From the NCBI GenBank assembly GCA_965222375.1, contig CBDCTZ010000014.1, positions 1,024,001 through 1,088,000 on the forward strand: a stretch of DNA of 64,000 bases, in the 5' to 3' direction. This document shows positions 49,023-59,631 of the stretch, piece by piece. The notes beneath the pieces are model-generated. The model saw nothing but the letters and a program-made list of their open reading frames with translations, was not told the DNA's origin and searched no databases. A program made the position numbers and the translations under genes. Each line of letters opens with the position of its first letter. The first letter of the stretch is position 1. The DNA is from Polyangiaceae bacterium (GTDB lineage: Bacteria > Myxococcota_A > Polyangia > Polyangiales > Polyangiaceae).

Positions 49023-50150
49023 ATGAGCCAAGGCGACGACAAGCCGCCGGATTCGGACGTGGAACTGACCCTAGTTCGGCCGGCTGATCCCGCGCCCGAG
49101 AGTGAGGTGCTCAAGGCGCCGAACACGCCCGCGGGCCTCGGTGCGCCACCGTCGACTTCTGGGTCCCGTACCGGGCCGCCGCCGCCCCCGCGTCGTTCTG
49201 GACCGCCCTCACATCAACAACTGGAGCCTCCAAGCATTCGTCCGGGTCAGTTCCGGCCCCCACCGTCGCCGAGCGTTGCTCCGCCGGCACCACGCGCCGC
49301 GCCGTCGGGGGCGCCCCGTCCAACTTCGTCACGCCCATCGCCCAGCGTTGCGCCGCCGCCCCTGTCGAAGCGTGGGCCTGGAAGCGTTGCGCCCCCGCCG
49401 CCACTCGTGCCTCGCAGTTCACCCAGCGTTGCGCCGCCACCGCTGATGGCGAAGAGTTCTCCCACGGCCTCGCCCCCCACTCTCAAGTCATCGCCCAGTG
49501 GCTGGCCCGCGGGTTCAGGCAGCATCGAAGACGAACTGGCTCACACCAAACGACTCCTGGCGGAGCGCATCGGCGAGCTGAATCGGCTGCGCCACGACTA
49601 CGGCGACCTCAAGGCCCGACACGCCGAGCGCGAAGCCCGCTTGCAGAAGATGGAGCAAGAGGCGCGAGGCGCTTCTAGCGCGGAGATTGCGGCCCAGCGC
49701 GCCGTTGCTCGTCGCTTGGAAACCACACTGCAGCAGCTCCGAGACGCCGAGGCTCGCGTTGCGGAGCGAGACCAGAAGCTCGAGCACCTCGAGTCCAAAG
49801 TTGATCAGCTAGAGGCTGCCGCGCGAAACGTCCCTGACGCGGAAATGAGCCGCTTCACGGCGCTGGAACGCGCGCTGGCTGCGCGGGAGCGCAAGATCCG
49901 TGAACTCGAGAGCGAATTGGAGCTGGCTCAAGGGTGGGGAGGTGACGCGCCGCCCGCCGACGATCTCACGCGCATCAGAGGCGTGGGTCCAAAGCTCAGC
50001 GAACGGCTAAATGCTGCAGGCGTGCGGCGTTTCCAGGAAATTGCTGAATGGACGCCAGAAGACATCGAACGCGTGGCACCCCAGCTCAAGGTTGCCGCAA
50101 GCCGCATCCGACGGGACGACTGGGTGCAGAGCGCCAAGGACCTGCTCTGA
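49023..50150 (+). CDS. Pro-rich/coiled-coil protein with C-terminal helix-hairpin-helix domain
   Basis: SPSVAPPP repeats, coiled coil, DDLTRIRGVGPKL...L...G...F..IA.W. Confidence 0.75.
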   Translation: MSQGDDKPPDSDVELTLVRPADPAPESEVLKAPNTPAGLGAPPSTSGSRTGPPPPPRRSGPPSHQQLEPPSIRPGQFRPPPSPSVAPPAPRAAPSGAPRPTSSRPSPSVAPPPLSKRGPGSVAPPPPLVPRSSPSVAPPPLMAKSSPTASPPTLKSSPSGWPAGSGSIEDELAHTKRLLAERIGELNRLRHDYGDLKARHAEREARLQKMEQEARGASSAEIAAQRAVARRLETTLQQLRDAEARVAERDQKLEHLESKVDQLEAAARNVPDAEMSRFTALERALAARERKIRELESELELAQGWGGDAPPADDLTRIRGVGPKLSERLNAAGVRRFQEIAEWTPEDIERVAPQLKVAASRIRRDDWVQSAKDLL

Positions 50151-50173
50151 GCGGCAGCCTTAGTGCCGCGTCC

Positions 50174-51916
50174 TCATTGACATCGCGCTGGTGCGGGAGC
50201 GTCCACGTCGTCCAGATAGAAGTGGATGCGCCCCACGGGCACGTGCCCCGGGAGGGACTTGAGCTCCACGCCGCGGCACAGTGCCGCGCCTTGTAGTGGG
50301 CCAGTCAGTTTCAAGCTCCCGCGGGCCATGGGGAGCCAGACTTCCGCGGCGGCGTCGTAGTCGGGACGTTGTTCAACCACCACTCGGATGCGCCCGGCGA
50401 TGAGGTCCGAAATGCTGACGTCGAGTCCGCCGCCCTCTGCCTCACCGGGCTGTCGTTTGATCGGGAAGCAAGTCGGCGCGGCCGCGTCCGGATCCAGGGA
50501 CACACACAGCCGGGTGTCGTGCTCGCTCTCGGCCAGAGAGTTGCCCTGGGCGTCCGCCACGCTCGCCACGCGAACCACCACACGGCTGGCATCCGCCAAT
50601 TCGCCCGAGCAGCCTCCTGGTCCGCAGTCGCGCCCCGATGGGCAGCAGTCGCATACAGAGTCGCAACCCTGCGGCAACGAAGCGGTGGCCGCTTCCGGCA
50701 CCGCCTCCGTTGCGCTCGGTGTGGGCGTGGGTGGTGTCGGCGTGCGCGGCGCGACCACGGGTGGCTTGGGTGCTACGGGGGGGGTCTTGTTCCACTTCGA
50801 GTTCGCGAAGTACAGCGCGCCCCCTGCCGCACCGATCAAAGCGAGTGCGCCAAGAACGAGCTTGGCCCGCTCCGGGGTCTCCGCTTTCGGCGTCGCTTTC
50901 GGCTTTTCTGCTGGTGCGGCGAACGCTGCCGCCGAGGTCGCGACTCCCCGCTGCGGCTTGTCCTCCACTTCGCTTGCCTCGGCTCCATCGTCTGAAGTAG
51001 CAGGGAGACCCTTCCGACTGCGCTCGGTCGGATGCGGGCGTGGGGCAGGGCCGGCGTCGCGAATGCGCAGGGATAGCTCTGCGCCATCCGCAATGCGCTC
51101 GTCGGCGCTGACGGCAAGGGCATCTTGAATCAGCTTTCCCCAGGGTCCTTCGACGCCGGGTGCGCTCAGGTGGTCGCCCTCTTTCGCTTTTCGGTACGCC
51201 TCGGCGAAAACGTAGGGCGTCGAGGAGTGGGCGAGCCCCGTTGGGTGGCTGCCCGAAAGCAGGCGGCTGGCGAGGACACCGAAGGCAAATACGTCGACTC
51301 GGGGCGATGCGGTGCCGCCTTGAAAGTTGGCTGGGTCCAGAGCCTCGGGGGCCAAGTAGGAGAGGGTGCCAACGAGCCCGCCCTCTTGGGTCAGGCGTGT
51401 GTCCGGATCCGTGGCGATGGCAATACCCAAATCGACGAGCACGACATGGTTGGCGGATTCCGGCTCTTCGAAGAAGGGGTCCGCGATCAAGACGTTCTCC
51501 AGCTTCACGTCGCGATGCACGATGCCGCGGCCGTGCAAATAGGCCAAGGCGTCTGCGACATGTTGTAGTGCCAAGCCTGCATGGGCGGTGCCGAAGCGCG
51601 CGTCGGCCCGGGCCTGCGAGAGAGAAACCCCTTTGACGAAGCTCATCACCAGGCCGAGCACGCCGCGCTTGAGGTCCTCGAACAGACCGTCACAGGCCAC
51701 TAGGGATGGATGGTCCAGGCGAGAGAGCGCGTGCGCTTCCCGACGGGCCCGCTCCAATGCGCTGCCCCGCGCCATCGCCATGGGGATCAGCTTCAAAGCG
51801 CAGGGAGCGTCTGGATGCAGTGGATCCGACGCCCGCCATACGGAGCCCTGACCGCCTTCGCCGAGGAGTTCCTCCAGGGTGAAGCGATCGATACGGTCGC
51901 CGGGTTGCAGCTCCAC
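50174..51916 (-). CDS. Membrane Ser/Thr protein kinase
   Basis: GEGGQG, ALK, HRDVKLEN, DLG, YLAPE; TM. Confidence 0.9.
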   Translation of the reverse strand: MELQPGDRIDRFTLEELLGEGGQGSVWRASDPLHPDAPCALKLIPMAMARGSALERARREAHALSRLDHPSLVACDGLFEDLKRGVLGLVMSFVKGVSLSQARADARFGTAHAGLALQHVADALAYLHGRGIVHRDVKLENVLIADPFFEEPESANHVVLVDLGIAIATDPDTRLTQEGGLVGTLSYLAPEALDPANFQGGTASPRVDVFAFGVLASRLLSGSHPTGLAHSSTPYVFAEAYRKAKEGDHLSAPGVEGPWGKLIQDALAVSADERIADGAELSLRIRDAGPAPRPHPTERSRKGLPATSDDGAEASEVEDKPQRGVATSAAAFAAPAEKPKATPKAETPERAKLVLGALALIGAAGGALYFANSKWNKTPPVAPKPPVVAPRTPTPPTPTPSATEAVPEAATASLPQGCDSVCDCCPSGRDCGPGGCSGELADASRVVVRVASVADAQGNSLAESEHDTRLCVSLDPDAAAPTCFPIKRQPGEAEGGGLDVSISDLIAGRIRVVVEQRPDYDAAAEVWLPMARGSLKLTGPLQGAALCRGVELKSLPGHVPVGRIHFYLDDVDAPAPARCQ

Positions 51917-51930
51917 AGGATGGACTCCGC

Positions 51931-52107
51931 TCAGCGTCTGCCCTTGAAGCCCATCATCTGCTGGACGACAGCCTCGCTTTCTTCCGCCAGCGCTTCTTGC
52001 TCCTGTGCGAGTTCAGCGCAGTCCTCGCAGAGCTTCTTCTTCTTGCCGTCCACCTTCACGTTGACGAGTTCGTCCACGTCTTCTCCGCAGCCTTTGCACG
52101 TTGCCAT
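51931..52107 (-). CDS. Small (58 aa) putative zinc-ribbon protein
   Basis: CKGC...CEDC followed by an acidic helix. Confidence 0.7.
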   Translation of the reverse strand: MATCKGCGEDVDELVNVKVDGKKKKLCEDCAELAQEQEALAEESEAVVQQMMGFKGRR

Positions 52108-52215
52108 GCCCGCTTGCTGCCAGAAAACCCGCCGCGCGCCAATCTCCAGCGCCCATCCCTGCTCCGTTGCTTGTTTGGTACTGCGGCAAGGCGGCTCCGC
52201 GCTATGCTGCGCTCG

Positions 52216-53532
52216 ATGACGGAGCCGTGGGCACAGCCTGGGATCGTGCTGGCGGATAAATATCAGCTGGTCAGCACCCTCGGGCGAGGTGGCATGGGAG
52301 CGGTCTGGCGGGCGAAACACCTGGGCCTCGGTTCGGAGGTTGCCGTCAAGCTCATCGACGAACGAGCGGCGCAGAGCCCGGATGCTCTGGAGCGCTTCTA
52401 TCGCGAGGCGAAAGCCGCCGCCGCGCTGCGAAGCCCGCACGTGGTCCAAGTCCTCGACTTCGGCGACCACGGCGGCGTCCCTTTCATCGTGATGGAATTA
52501 CTCGAAGGCGAGAGCCTCGCCCAACGCTTGTCGCGAGTAGGGCGCCTCAGCTTCGAGGAAACGCGCCGCATCGTGCTGGACGTCGCTCGCGCAATACAAC
52601 GCGCACACGAAAGTGGTGTGGTGCATCGAGACTTGAAACCAGACAACATCCATTTGCAGGCGAACGCTGGCGAGGAAATCGCCAAGGTTCTCGACTTCGG
52701 GATCGCCAAGGTAGCCGACCCCACGATTTCCGGATCGACGCAGACGGGTGCGGTCCTCGGCACGCCCTACTACATGAGTCCCGAACAGGCACGGGGTACT
52801 CGTGCGGTGGATCATCGGACGGATCTCTGGGCGTTGGGCGTCATCAGCTTCGAGTGCGTGACTGGAGCGCGTCCCTTCGACGGCCAGGTCCTCGGCGACC
52901 TCCTGCTCAAGATCTGTGCGGAGCCGGCTCCGATGCCATCGCAGCTAGGTGCGGTCGTGCCAGGATTCGACGAATGGTTTGCTCGTGCCACAGAGCGAGA
53001 TCTGGATCGACGCTTTCAATCTGCAGCCGAACTCAGCGACGCATTGAAGCGGGTGGGGGAGGGCGCTGCGGTGGTCAGTCTCGCTCCAGCTCAGGCCGCG
53101 CCTCCCAAACGTTCCATGCTCCTGCCCCTGCTCCTGCTGGTCGGTGGCCTGGCGGTCGTTGCTGTAGTGCTTGGCGGTGGTGCCCTTTGGCTCTTGGCAC
53201 CTGCCGGGGAGGTACCCGAGACCTCCCAATCTGCCGCGCAGGAGGCCCCCGCGAGTCCGGTTGCCGAAGCGACGGGCTCCGCCGCCGCCGAAGCGCCGCG
53301 CCAGCCGGCCAAGTCCTCGCCGAACCCAGAAAAGGCTGCGCGCCGCTCGGCGCCCACGCCCGCACCGGCGGCGGCGTCGAAAAACAAGAGGGAAGATGTG
53401 AGCAGCGTCTTGGGTGAGGCGGAAAAGGCCCGCCTGGAAGCCAAAAATGCCAGAGAGCGTGCAGCCGAGGCGCGCGCCAAAGCCGAACAATCCAGGAAGA
53501 AGGCACTAGAGTCGGTGATGGGCACGCAATGA
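52216..53532 (+). CDS. Membrane Ser/Thr protein kinase
   Basis: GRGGMG, VAVK, HRDLKPDN, DFG, YMSPEQ; TM. Confidence 0.93.
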   Translation: MTEPWAQPGIVLADKYQLVSTLGRGGMGAVWRAKHLGLGSEVAVKLIDERAAQSPDALERFYREAKAAAALRSPHVVQVLDFGDHGGVPFIVMELLEGESLAQRLSRVGRLSFEETRRIVLDVARAIQRAHESGVVHRDLKPDNIHLQANAGEEIAKVLDFGIAKVADPTISGSTQTGAVLGTPYYMSPEQARGTRAVDHRTDLWALGVISFECVTGARPFDGQVLGDLLLKICAEPAPMPSQLGAVVPGFDEWFARATERDLDRRFQSAAELSDALKRVGEGAAVVSLAPAQAAPPKRSMLLPLLLLVGGLAVVAVVLGGGALWLLAPAGEVPETSQSAAQEAPASPVAEATGSAAAEAPRQPAKSSPNPEKAARRSAPTPAPAAASKNKREDVSSVLGEAEKARLEAKNARERAAEARAKAEQSRKKALESVMGTQ

Positions 53533-55478
53533 GTGGCACCCAAATCGACCCCCACGTTTTGGAAAGCGAAATCGCTTCCCTTCACGAGGCGGATATCCCA
53601 AGCCAATCGCAGCCCGGTGTGCACTACCGGCTCGAGCGAGTCATCGGTCGAGGAGGTTTCGCCATTGCGTGCCTGTCGACGTGCTTGACGGAGCACTCGG
53701 CGGCGGCGGTCGTGCTTAAAGTATGGCGCCCAGGGCTCGTGGCAGGCGCCAAGGAAATGGCATCCCGCGCGTTGCGCAAAGAAGCGGTCGCGTTGGGGCG
53801 TTTGAACGAACGAATCCCACCATCCCCATTTGTAGTGCGACTTTTGGATACCGGTTCGGTGCTGGTCTCGCATGAAGGACGCGATGTAGAAGTACCCTGG
53901 CTTGCGATCGAATACGTTCACGGCGGTGTCGAGGGAGAAACCTTGCATCGTCGCGTTGGCTATGCACTGGCGGAAACCAGTCACGGCTTTGACGTGCAGC
54001 GGGCCGTCCGAGTCGTGCAGCACTTGGCGGGGGGGCTGGAAGAAATCCATGCAGCGGGTGTGATCCATCGAGATTTGAAGCCGAGCAACGTCCTGTGTTG
54101 TGGCGGCGGCGGCGGCGAAATCTTCAAGCTTTCGGACTTCGGGATTGCTCGACCGTCCGGCGTGCAATCGACTTTCGGCGACGTCGCCCTGGGTACCCCC
54201 GGCTACATTCCACCGGAGCAGCTGCACCTTCGCGACGAAATCGGGCCTTGGACGGACGTGTTCGCGCTCGCCGGCGTCCTCTTCTTCACCCTCACCGGCC
54301 AGAAGCTCTTCCCGGGGAAATCCGCCGTTGATGCCGTGTTGGCGGTCAACAGTCGCGACCGCCCGAGCATTCGTGACCACGCCACTCTGAGTCCAGAACT
54401 TGCTCAACGGCCTGCGGCCTGCGACGCCCTGGACCTGTGCATACGCCGAGCCACCACCGCCGATCCTCGACAACGCACTCCGTCCGCACGTGCGTTTGCA
54501 GCGGAAGTGTCCCGAGTCCTGGGCGCAGAGCCACCGAGTACCCGGCCGCATCGTCGCTGGACGACCAGCATCGAGAGTGCGCAGCGCCGCGCCGCGGAAA
54601 CGCAGTTGAAGTTCGAGCAGCGAGCTCCGGCCGGAGACGGGTGGGTGATAGCTGCCTGTGCCTGGGATACGGATGGGCGCTGTCTCGCCGCGACGACTGA
54701 TGGACTGCGCTTCTTCAACGGGGTCTCTTGGAGCTCGGACTTCGAGTACGACAGCCAGGCGGTGTGGGTGGCGAGACGCGCGCCTGCCTGTTTCCTCTTC
54801 GTGGATGCCGCCGGAAACGTCAAAGAGCTGGGTGCGACTGGCGTTCACTCGGTGCTGGAACACGAGCCACAGATGGGCCAAATCGTGGCCATTGACGGTG
54901 ACCCATGGGATCTGGCGCTGGTGGTGTACCAAGGCCCGTCCGGGGAATACCTCGTTCGGGCGCGGGTGGCGGGACGGTTTGCCCGTCCGGTTACGCTGGT
55001 GGGCGCTGGGCTGGTGACCTCCGTTGCCAGAGTTCGCGATCAATCATGGCTCGTGACTGGGCGCACGTTGGATGGGGCTGGATACGCCGCGTTGGTGGAT
55101 CCCCTAGCCATGTCTCTTGAGTTTCCACCTCAGGCATTGCCCGCGGTTCTGGTGCAAGCCGCCGCACACGGCGCGGCCGGCGGGGCCTTGGCTGTCGGCG
55201 CCCGAGGCCAGCTACTCCGCTACGCCGAAGGCGAATTGTCGGTGCGCACGCTGATGGGCGAGCCGAACCTGTCCGCGGCCGCCGTCGACCTGCTGGGTAC
55301 GGAATGGGCGGCGGGTGCTCGCGGGATCTGGATGGCCCCAGCCAAGACCCGACGTTTTGCCCAAGTTTTCCGGCATGGCGGCGAAATTGCACCTTTTGTG
55401 TCCTTGCACGCGGACGTCGGACGCGTCCTGGCTGTTGCCGCCGACGGGACCGTGTTCGCTGGCCTCGAACAACACTGA
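53529..55478 (+). CDS. Cytoplasmic Ser/Thr protein kinase with C-terminal beta-propeller-like domain
   Basis: GRGGFA, HRDLKPSN, DFG, YIPPEQ; ATGA overlap. Confidence 0.88.
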   Translation: MSGTQIDPHVLESEIASLHEADIPSQSQPGVHYRLERVIGRGGFAIACLSTCLTEHSAAAVVLKVWRPGLVAGAKEMASRALRKEAVALGRLNERIPPSPFVVRLLDTGSVLVSHEGRDVEVPWLAIEYVHGGVEGETLHRRVGYALAETSHGFDVQRAVRVVQHLAGGLEEIHAAGVIHRDLKPSNVLCCGGGGGEIFKLSDFGIARPSGVQSTFGDVALGTPGYIPPEQLHLRDEIGPWTDVFALAGVLFFTLTGQKLFPGKSAVDAVLAVNSRDRPSIRDHATLSPELAQRPAACDALDLCIRRATTADPRQRTPSARAFAAEVSRVLGAEPPSTRPHRRWTTSIESAQRRAAETQLKFEQRAPAGDGWVIAACAWDTDGRCLAATTDGLRFFNGVSWSSDFEYDSQAVWVARRAPACFLFVDAAGNVKELGATGVHSVLEHEPQMGQIVAIDGDPWDLALVVYQGPSGEYLVRARVAGRFARPVTLVGAGLVTSVARVRDQSWLVTGRTLDGAGYAALVDPLAMSLEFPPQALPAVLVQAAAHGAAGGALAVGARGQLLRYAEGELSVRTLMGEPNLSAAAVDLLGTEWAAGARGIWMAPAKTRRFAQVFRHGGEIAPFVSLHADVGRVLAVAADGTVFAGLEQH

Positions 55479-55514
55479 TTCATCGAGTCCCACAAGCCCG
55501 CTATGCTGCGGCCC

Positions 55515-56819
55515 ATGTCGGATTACACGATCCCGATCGAGCCGAGCATGTCTCAGCTCCGGTCCATCGCCGTCGAGGTCATGAGCCCTGGGAGCAAAGG
55601 CGAGCGCGCAAAGGGCGATGTGGTGCGAGTCGGCAGTGCCGAGGGCAACGACTTGGTCATCGCTGACGGAACCGTGTCCCGCTTCCACGTCGAGCTCTCT
55701 CGTGACGGCGGTCGCATCCTCGCTACGGATCTAGGCTCGACGAATGGGACTCGAGTCGGAGAGGTCGTATTTCGCTCAGCAGGTGTCTGGATCGAACCCG
55801 GCGCGACCGTGTCCTTGGGCCAGGCCCAGGTGCGTATCGCGGACGGCGACCTGCTGGCTCCCGAGGCTGCCCCGGAGAGCTTTGGGGGGTTGGTTGGGAC
55901 AAGCGCGGCTTTGAGGCGATTGTGCGCGCGGGCTCACAAGGTCTCGCAGTCCGATGTGCCCATTCTCCTGAACGGCGAATCTGGCACTGGCAAGGAGGTC
56001 ATTGCGCGGGCTATCCATGACGAGAGTCCTCGTGCCGAGGCACCCTTCGTCACGGTGGACTGTGCCGCGCTCTCTCCCACCTTGTTCAGCAGCGAGCTGT
56101 TTGGGCACGAGCGTGGCGCGTTTACGGGTGCAGAGCGCCAGCACATCGGTGCTTTCGAGCGTGCGCACGGGGGCAGCGTGTTCTTGGACGAAATCGGTGA
56201 GCTTACCCCTGAACTCCAGGCGGCGCTGCTCGGAGTCCTAGAGCGACGTAAGCTGCGCCGCTTGGGTGGCCAGAAGGACATCGACGTCGACGTCAGAATC
56301 GTGTCTGCAACTCACCGTGATCTGCGCGAAGCGGTCAATTCAGCAGCGTTTCGCCTCGATCTGTTCTATCGAATCGCGGTTGTGTTGTTGGAGGTGCCAC
56401 CGCTCAGGGATCGCACTGGGGACATCCCGGAGTTGGTGAAGCACTTCGTGCGAGAGGCGGGCAGCAAGGACTCGGTCGACGCGCTGTTTCCGAAGGAGGC
56501 AATGGAGCGGCTCAAGGCGCATCGCTGGCCCGGCAACGTTCGGGAGCTGCGCAACGTCGTGCTCGGCGCGTTGGCGCTTGGCGAAACTCGGGAAGTGCTC
56601 GGAGGCGGCAGCGCGCCCGCGAGCCTCTCGGAGCTGGCCGACCATGTCGACGAGCTGTCTTTCCGTCAGGCCAAGCAGCGCATCGTGGATGCCTTCGAGC
56701 ATCGCTACATTTCTCGGCTACTCGAGCGCTGTGAAGGAAACGTCCGCAAGGCCGCGCGGGACGCCCGCATGGATCGGTCCTACCTAATGGAGCTCATCCG
56801 TCGCCATGGCTTGAAGTGA
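55515..56819 (+). CDS. FHA-domain sigma54-dependent enhancer-binding protein
   Basis: [38 protein letters not shown]. Confidence 0.93.
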   Translation: MSDYTIPIEPSMSQLRSIAVEVMSPGSKGERAKGDVVRVGSAEGNDLVIADGTVSRFHVELSRDGGRILATDLGSTNGTRVGEVVFRSAGVWIEPGATVSLGQAQVRIADGDLLAPEAAPESFGGLVGTSAALRRLCARAHKVSQSDVPILLNGESGTGKEVIARAIHDESPRAEAPFVTVDCAALSPTLFSSELFGHERGAFTGAERQHIGAFERAHGGSVFLDEIGELTPELQAALLGVLERRKLRRLGGQKDIDVDVRIVSATHRDLREAVNSAAFRLDLFYRIAVVLLEVPPLRDRTGDIPELVKHFVREAGSKDSVDALFPKEAMERLKAHRWPGNVRELRNVVLGALALGETREVLGGGSAPASLSELADHVDELSFRQAKQRIVDAFEHRYISRLLERCEGNVRKAARDARMDRSYLMELIRRHGLK

Positions 56820-56833
56820 CGGTTTGCTCGGGC

Positions 56834-57307
56834 TCAGGGGCCGTGGACGCCTCGACCACAATCAACCGGTGACAAGATCTGGCAACTGGGATTGTCGGGT
56901 TCGGGCTTCCAACTCGCTGACCGGCACTCTTGTTCCGTAACGGGAGGTTTCGCCAGTGGGTCAGCGCTCCGGTCCGTGACGACCACGAAGGTGCACGTGC
57001 CGGACTTGTCGACGACAAAGTAGTCCGTCCTGATGGCGTCGCCCTCTCCCGTGAGAGTGAACCAAACCGCATGAGCGGGTCGACACACACCGAGTGCTGC
57101 ATGCATGCACTCAAACAGTCGCTGGGGCGCGCAAGTTGCGCTCACCGTACCTTGTCGTGCGTTTCCGCAGTCTTGCGCGGTGCGGCCCAGCTTCTTTTTC
57201 CAGTGCTGCACTGCTGCTTTCGGGGCAGTCTCGGGTGCCACGCGTTCCTGTGCCCCACAAGCGGCCAGAAGTCCCGACCAGACTACGGTTACGTAGGTTG
57301 CCTGCAT
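56834..57307 (-). CDS. Hypothetical Cys-containing lipoprotein
   Basis: Lipobox LAAC, TGEGDAI motif. Confidence 0.6.
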   Translation of the reverse strand: MQATYVTVVWSGLLAACGAQERVAPETAPKAAVQHWKKKLGRTAQDCGNARQGTVSATCAPQRLFECMHAALGVCRPAHAVWFTLTGEGDAIRTDYFVVDKSGTCTFVVVTDRSADPLAKPPVTEQECRSASWKPEPDNPSCQILSPVDCGRGVHGP

Positions 57308-57476
57308 GACCCCTTCGCACATTCTACCGAACTTGCGCCTTTTGGGATCAAGTGGGTGTCGGTGTGGGTTAAGGTACTACCGAATGCCGTTTGCTTGCGC
57401 CTAGCTGCGCGCTGCCGTTGTAGCATGAAGGTTCCGATCCATCCCCCGCCTGCCCCTGGCGGAAGCTAGCACTGTC

Positions 57477-59621
57477 GTGTCCTCTTCACGTTCATCCTCA
57501 CCCCCACGCCACCTGTCCCGGGTCGAAGCCATTGCCCAGCTTGCGCGCTTGGGCCGCAAGGTCGATCGAAATTGCGGCGACCTTGGCGACGTCGTGTCTT
57601 TGGCGCGCCGGGCCGTGGGCGCACGCACGTTCGCGATGTCCACGCGATGCGCCGACGAAGTGAAGAGCGCAACGAGCGGTTCGGACCAACACCAGCTCGC
57701 CCGGTGGACTGCGCGAACCCTATCCGAATTTCAGGTTGACCAGAGGGATCTGCAGGCCCAACTTGAACAGCGCGCCCCGGCGGGTACTCGGGTCTTACCC
57801 GTGTTGGTCGATCAACGGTTGCTGGCCGTGATCGCTGCGAGGGGTTTCCGCGCGCGAGACTCCGAGGAGCGGCAGTCCATCATGATGGGTGCCGTCGCGG
57901 ATCTGCTCGCCATCGTCCTCACGCCGCCGGCAGGCCAGACGGACTCCCGCGTCTGCGACGCCACCGTGACCGCGTTGGGAGTAGGGTTGGCTAGCACCCG
58001 AGCCGCCTTGGGCGCCGAAGCCACATTTCGAGCCGTGGCCCACGCCTTTCGCGAGGTGCTATCGGTTTCGCGCATTGGCATCGTGATTCGAGACGATGCG
58101 GAGTCCGGCTATCGGCGAGTTGCGTCCTTCGACGAGCAGGGCGCACGGGTGCAATGCGGCACGAGCCCTATATCGGCGTTGGAGCGGAAAGCGATGGAGA
58201 CCGGACGCGTCGTCTACTCGGCCGACGTGGCCCAAGAAGATGACCAAACCGTTCGCGGTCTGTCTCAGTGCGGAGTCAGCTCCGTCGTCGCAGCGCCCTT
58301 GACATCCGCGGGGCAGCCCTATGGCGCCTTGATGGTGGCCCAGCCCGCCGTGGATTCTTACGATGCTTTCGCGCTCAAGTTGATCGAAGCTATCTCCGTC
58401 CAGCTTTCGCCGTTGATTGCTGGCTTCGCCGCCGAGGATCTGGACGGCGCGGTGGAAGACCTGCGCGAGCGCCTATTGCGCAGTGAACAACTGGCCTCGG
58501 TTGGGCAACTTGCAGCGGGCGTCGCTCACGAAGTCAACAATCCGCTAAACGTCATCTTGTCCAATCTTCAGGCCCTGTCCCAGCGCGCTGCGCGGGAGGA
58601 TCAGAAGTTCGACGTTGCGGAAGTGGCCGAGATATCAAGCGAGAGCATCGACGCGGTGCAGCGGATTGCGGGCGCCGTCGAAGACCTGCGTGCCTTTGCC
58701 CGCATGGATCGTGGGGAAGTGACCGATCTGGACATCAACGACGTGGTTCGGGACGCCGCGCGCATCGCAAAGAACGAGGTGCGCCACCGCGCCAAGCTCG
58801 AGTTGGACCTGGGGGGGCTGCCGCCAATTCGTGGTGACCGCACGAAGTTGACGCAGGTCGTCATGAACCTCCTTGTCAACGCTGCTCAATCCTTCGACGA
58901 ACGACCTCGCGAGGGCAACAATATCCTCGTGAGTACATCTCAACAGGGGGGGTCGGTGCGGGTTTCCGTTCAGGACAATGGTGTGGGCATCGCCGACGTG
59001 AGTCGTATCTTCGAGCCCTTCTTCACGACCAAGCGAGACGCCGGGACCGGCTTGGGCCTGTCCGTCGCCGCTGACATCGCACTGCGCCATCAAGGCCGAA
59101 TCGAAGTGAAGAGTCAGCCCCAGCGAGGCAGCACATTTGTTCTGTGCCTACCTGTGGAATCGGGCCTCACCCTGAAACCGACTACGGTTCCGCCGTCCAC
59201 TCTGCGAACGCACTTTCGCGCGCGCCTCTTGATCGTGGATGACGAGCCGGCGATCTTGCGCGCCTTCGAACGCCTGCTGCGGGATCGGCACGAAGTGGTC
59301 GTCGCTTCGGGCGGCCAGGCGGCCTTGAATATGCTCGAGCAAGACAACGAGTTCGACGTCGTGCTCTGCGATGTGATGATGCCAGACGTCGACGGTGTTG
59401 CTTTCTACGACGAGATCGCCAGGCAGGCGCCCCACTTGCAGCGCCGTATCATTTTCTGCACTGGCGGTGAATTCACCTCTCGGGCAAAGAACTTCCTGTC
59501 TCGGATCAAGAACCCGGTGCTGTCAAAGCCCGTGGACGCGCAGGTACTCCTCGACGCCATCGCGCGGATGCTGGTTGATCGGATTTCGCTCGTGTCCGGC
59601 GCGATACGCCAAAACGGTTAG
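57477..59621 (+). CDS. Hybrid sensor histidine kinase (GAF, HisKA, HATPase, receiver); start uncertain
   Basis: AHEVNNPL, NLLVNA, FFTTK..GTGLGL, LIVDDE..CDVMMP. Confidence 0.88.
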   Translation: MSSSRSSSPPRHLSRVEAIAQLARLGRKVDRNCGDLGDVVSLARRAVGARTFAMSTRCADEVKSATSGSDQHQLARWTARTLSEFQVDQRDLQAQLEQRAPAGTRVLPVLVDQRLLAVIAARGFRARDSEERQSIMMGAVADLLAIVLTPPAGQTDSRVCDATVTALGVGLASTRAALGAEATFRAVAHAFREVLSVSRIGIVIRDDAESGYRRVASFDEQGARVQCGTSPISALERKAMETGRVVYSADVAQEDDQTVRGLSQCGVSSVVAAPLTSAGQPYGALMVAQPAVDSYDAFALKLIEAISVQLSPLIAGFAAEDLDGAVEDLRERLLRSEQLASVGQLAAGVAHEVNNPLNVILSNLQALSQRAAREDQKFDVAEVAEISSESIDAVQRIAGAVEDLRAFARMDRGEVTDLDINDVVRDAARIAKNEVRHRAKLELDLGGLPPIRGDRTKLTQVVMNLLVNAAQSFDERPREGNNILVSTSQQGGSVRVSVQDNGVGIADVSRIFEPFFTTKRDAGTGLGLSVAADIALRHQGRIEVKSQPQRGSTFVLCLPVESGLTLKPTTVPPSTLRTHFRARLLIVDDEPAILRAFERLLRDRHEVVVASGGQAALNMLEQDNEFDVVLCDVMMPDVDGVAFYDEIARQAPHLQRRIIFCTGGEFTSRAKNFLSRIKNPVLSKPVDAQVLLDAIARMLVDRISLVSGAIRQNG

Positions 59622-59631
59622 GAGAAACTGT

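Noticed and set aside
53091..55043. 650-aa minus-strand ORF
   Set aside because: Antisense shadow of two clear kinases; long stop-free antisense frames are expected in high-GC DNA and it has no domain motifs
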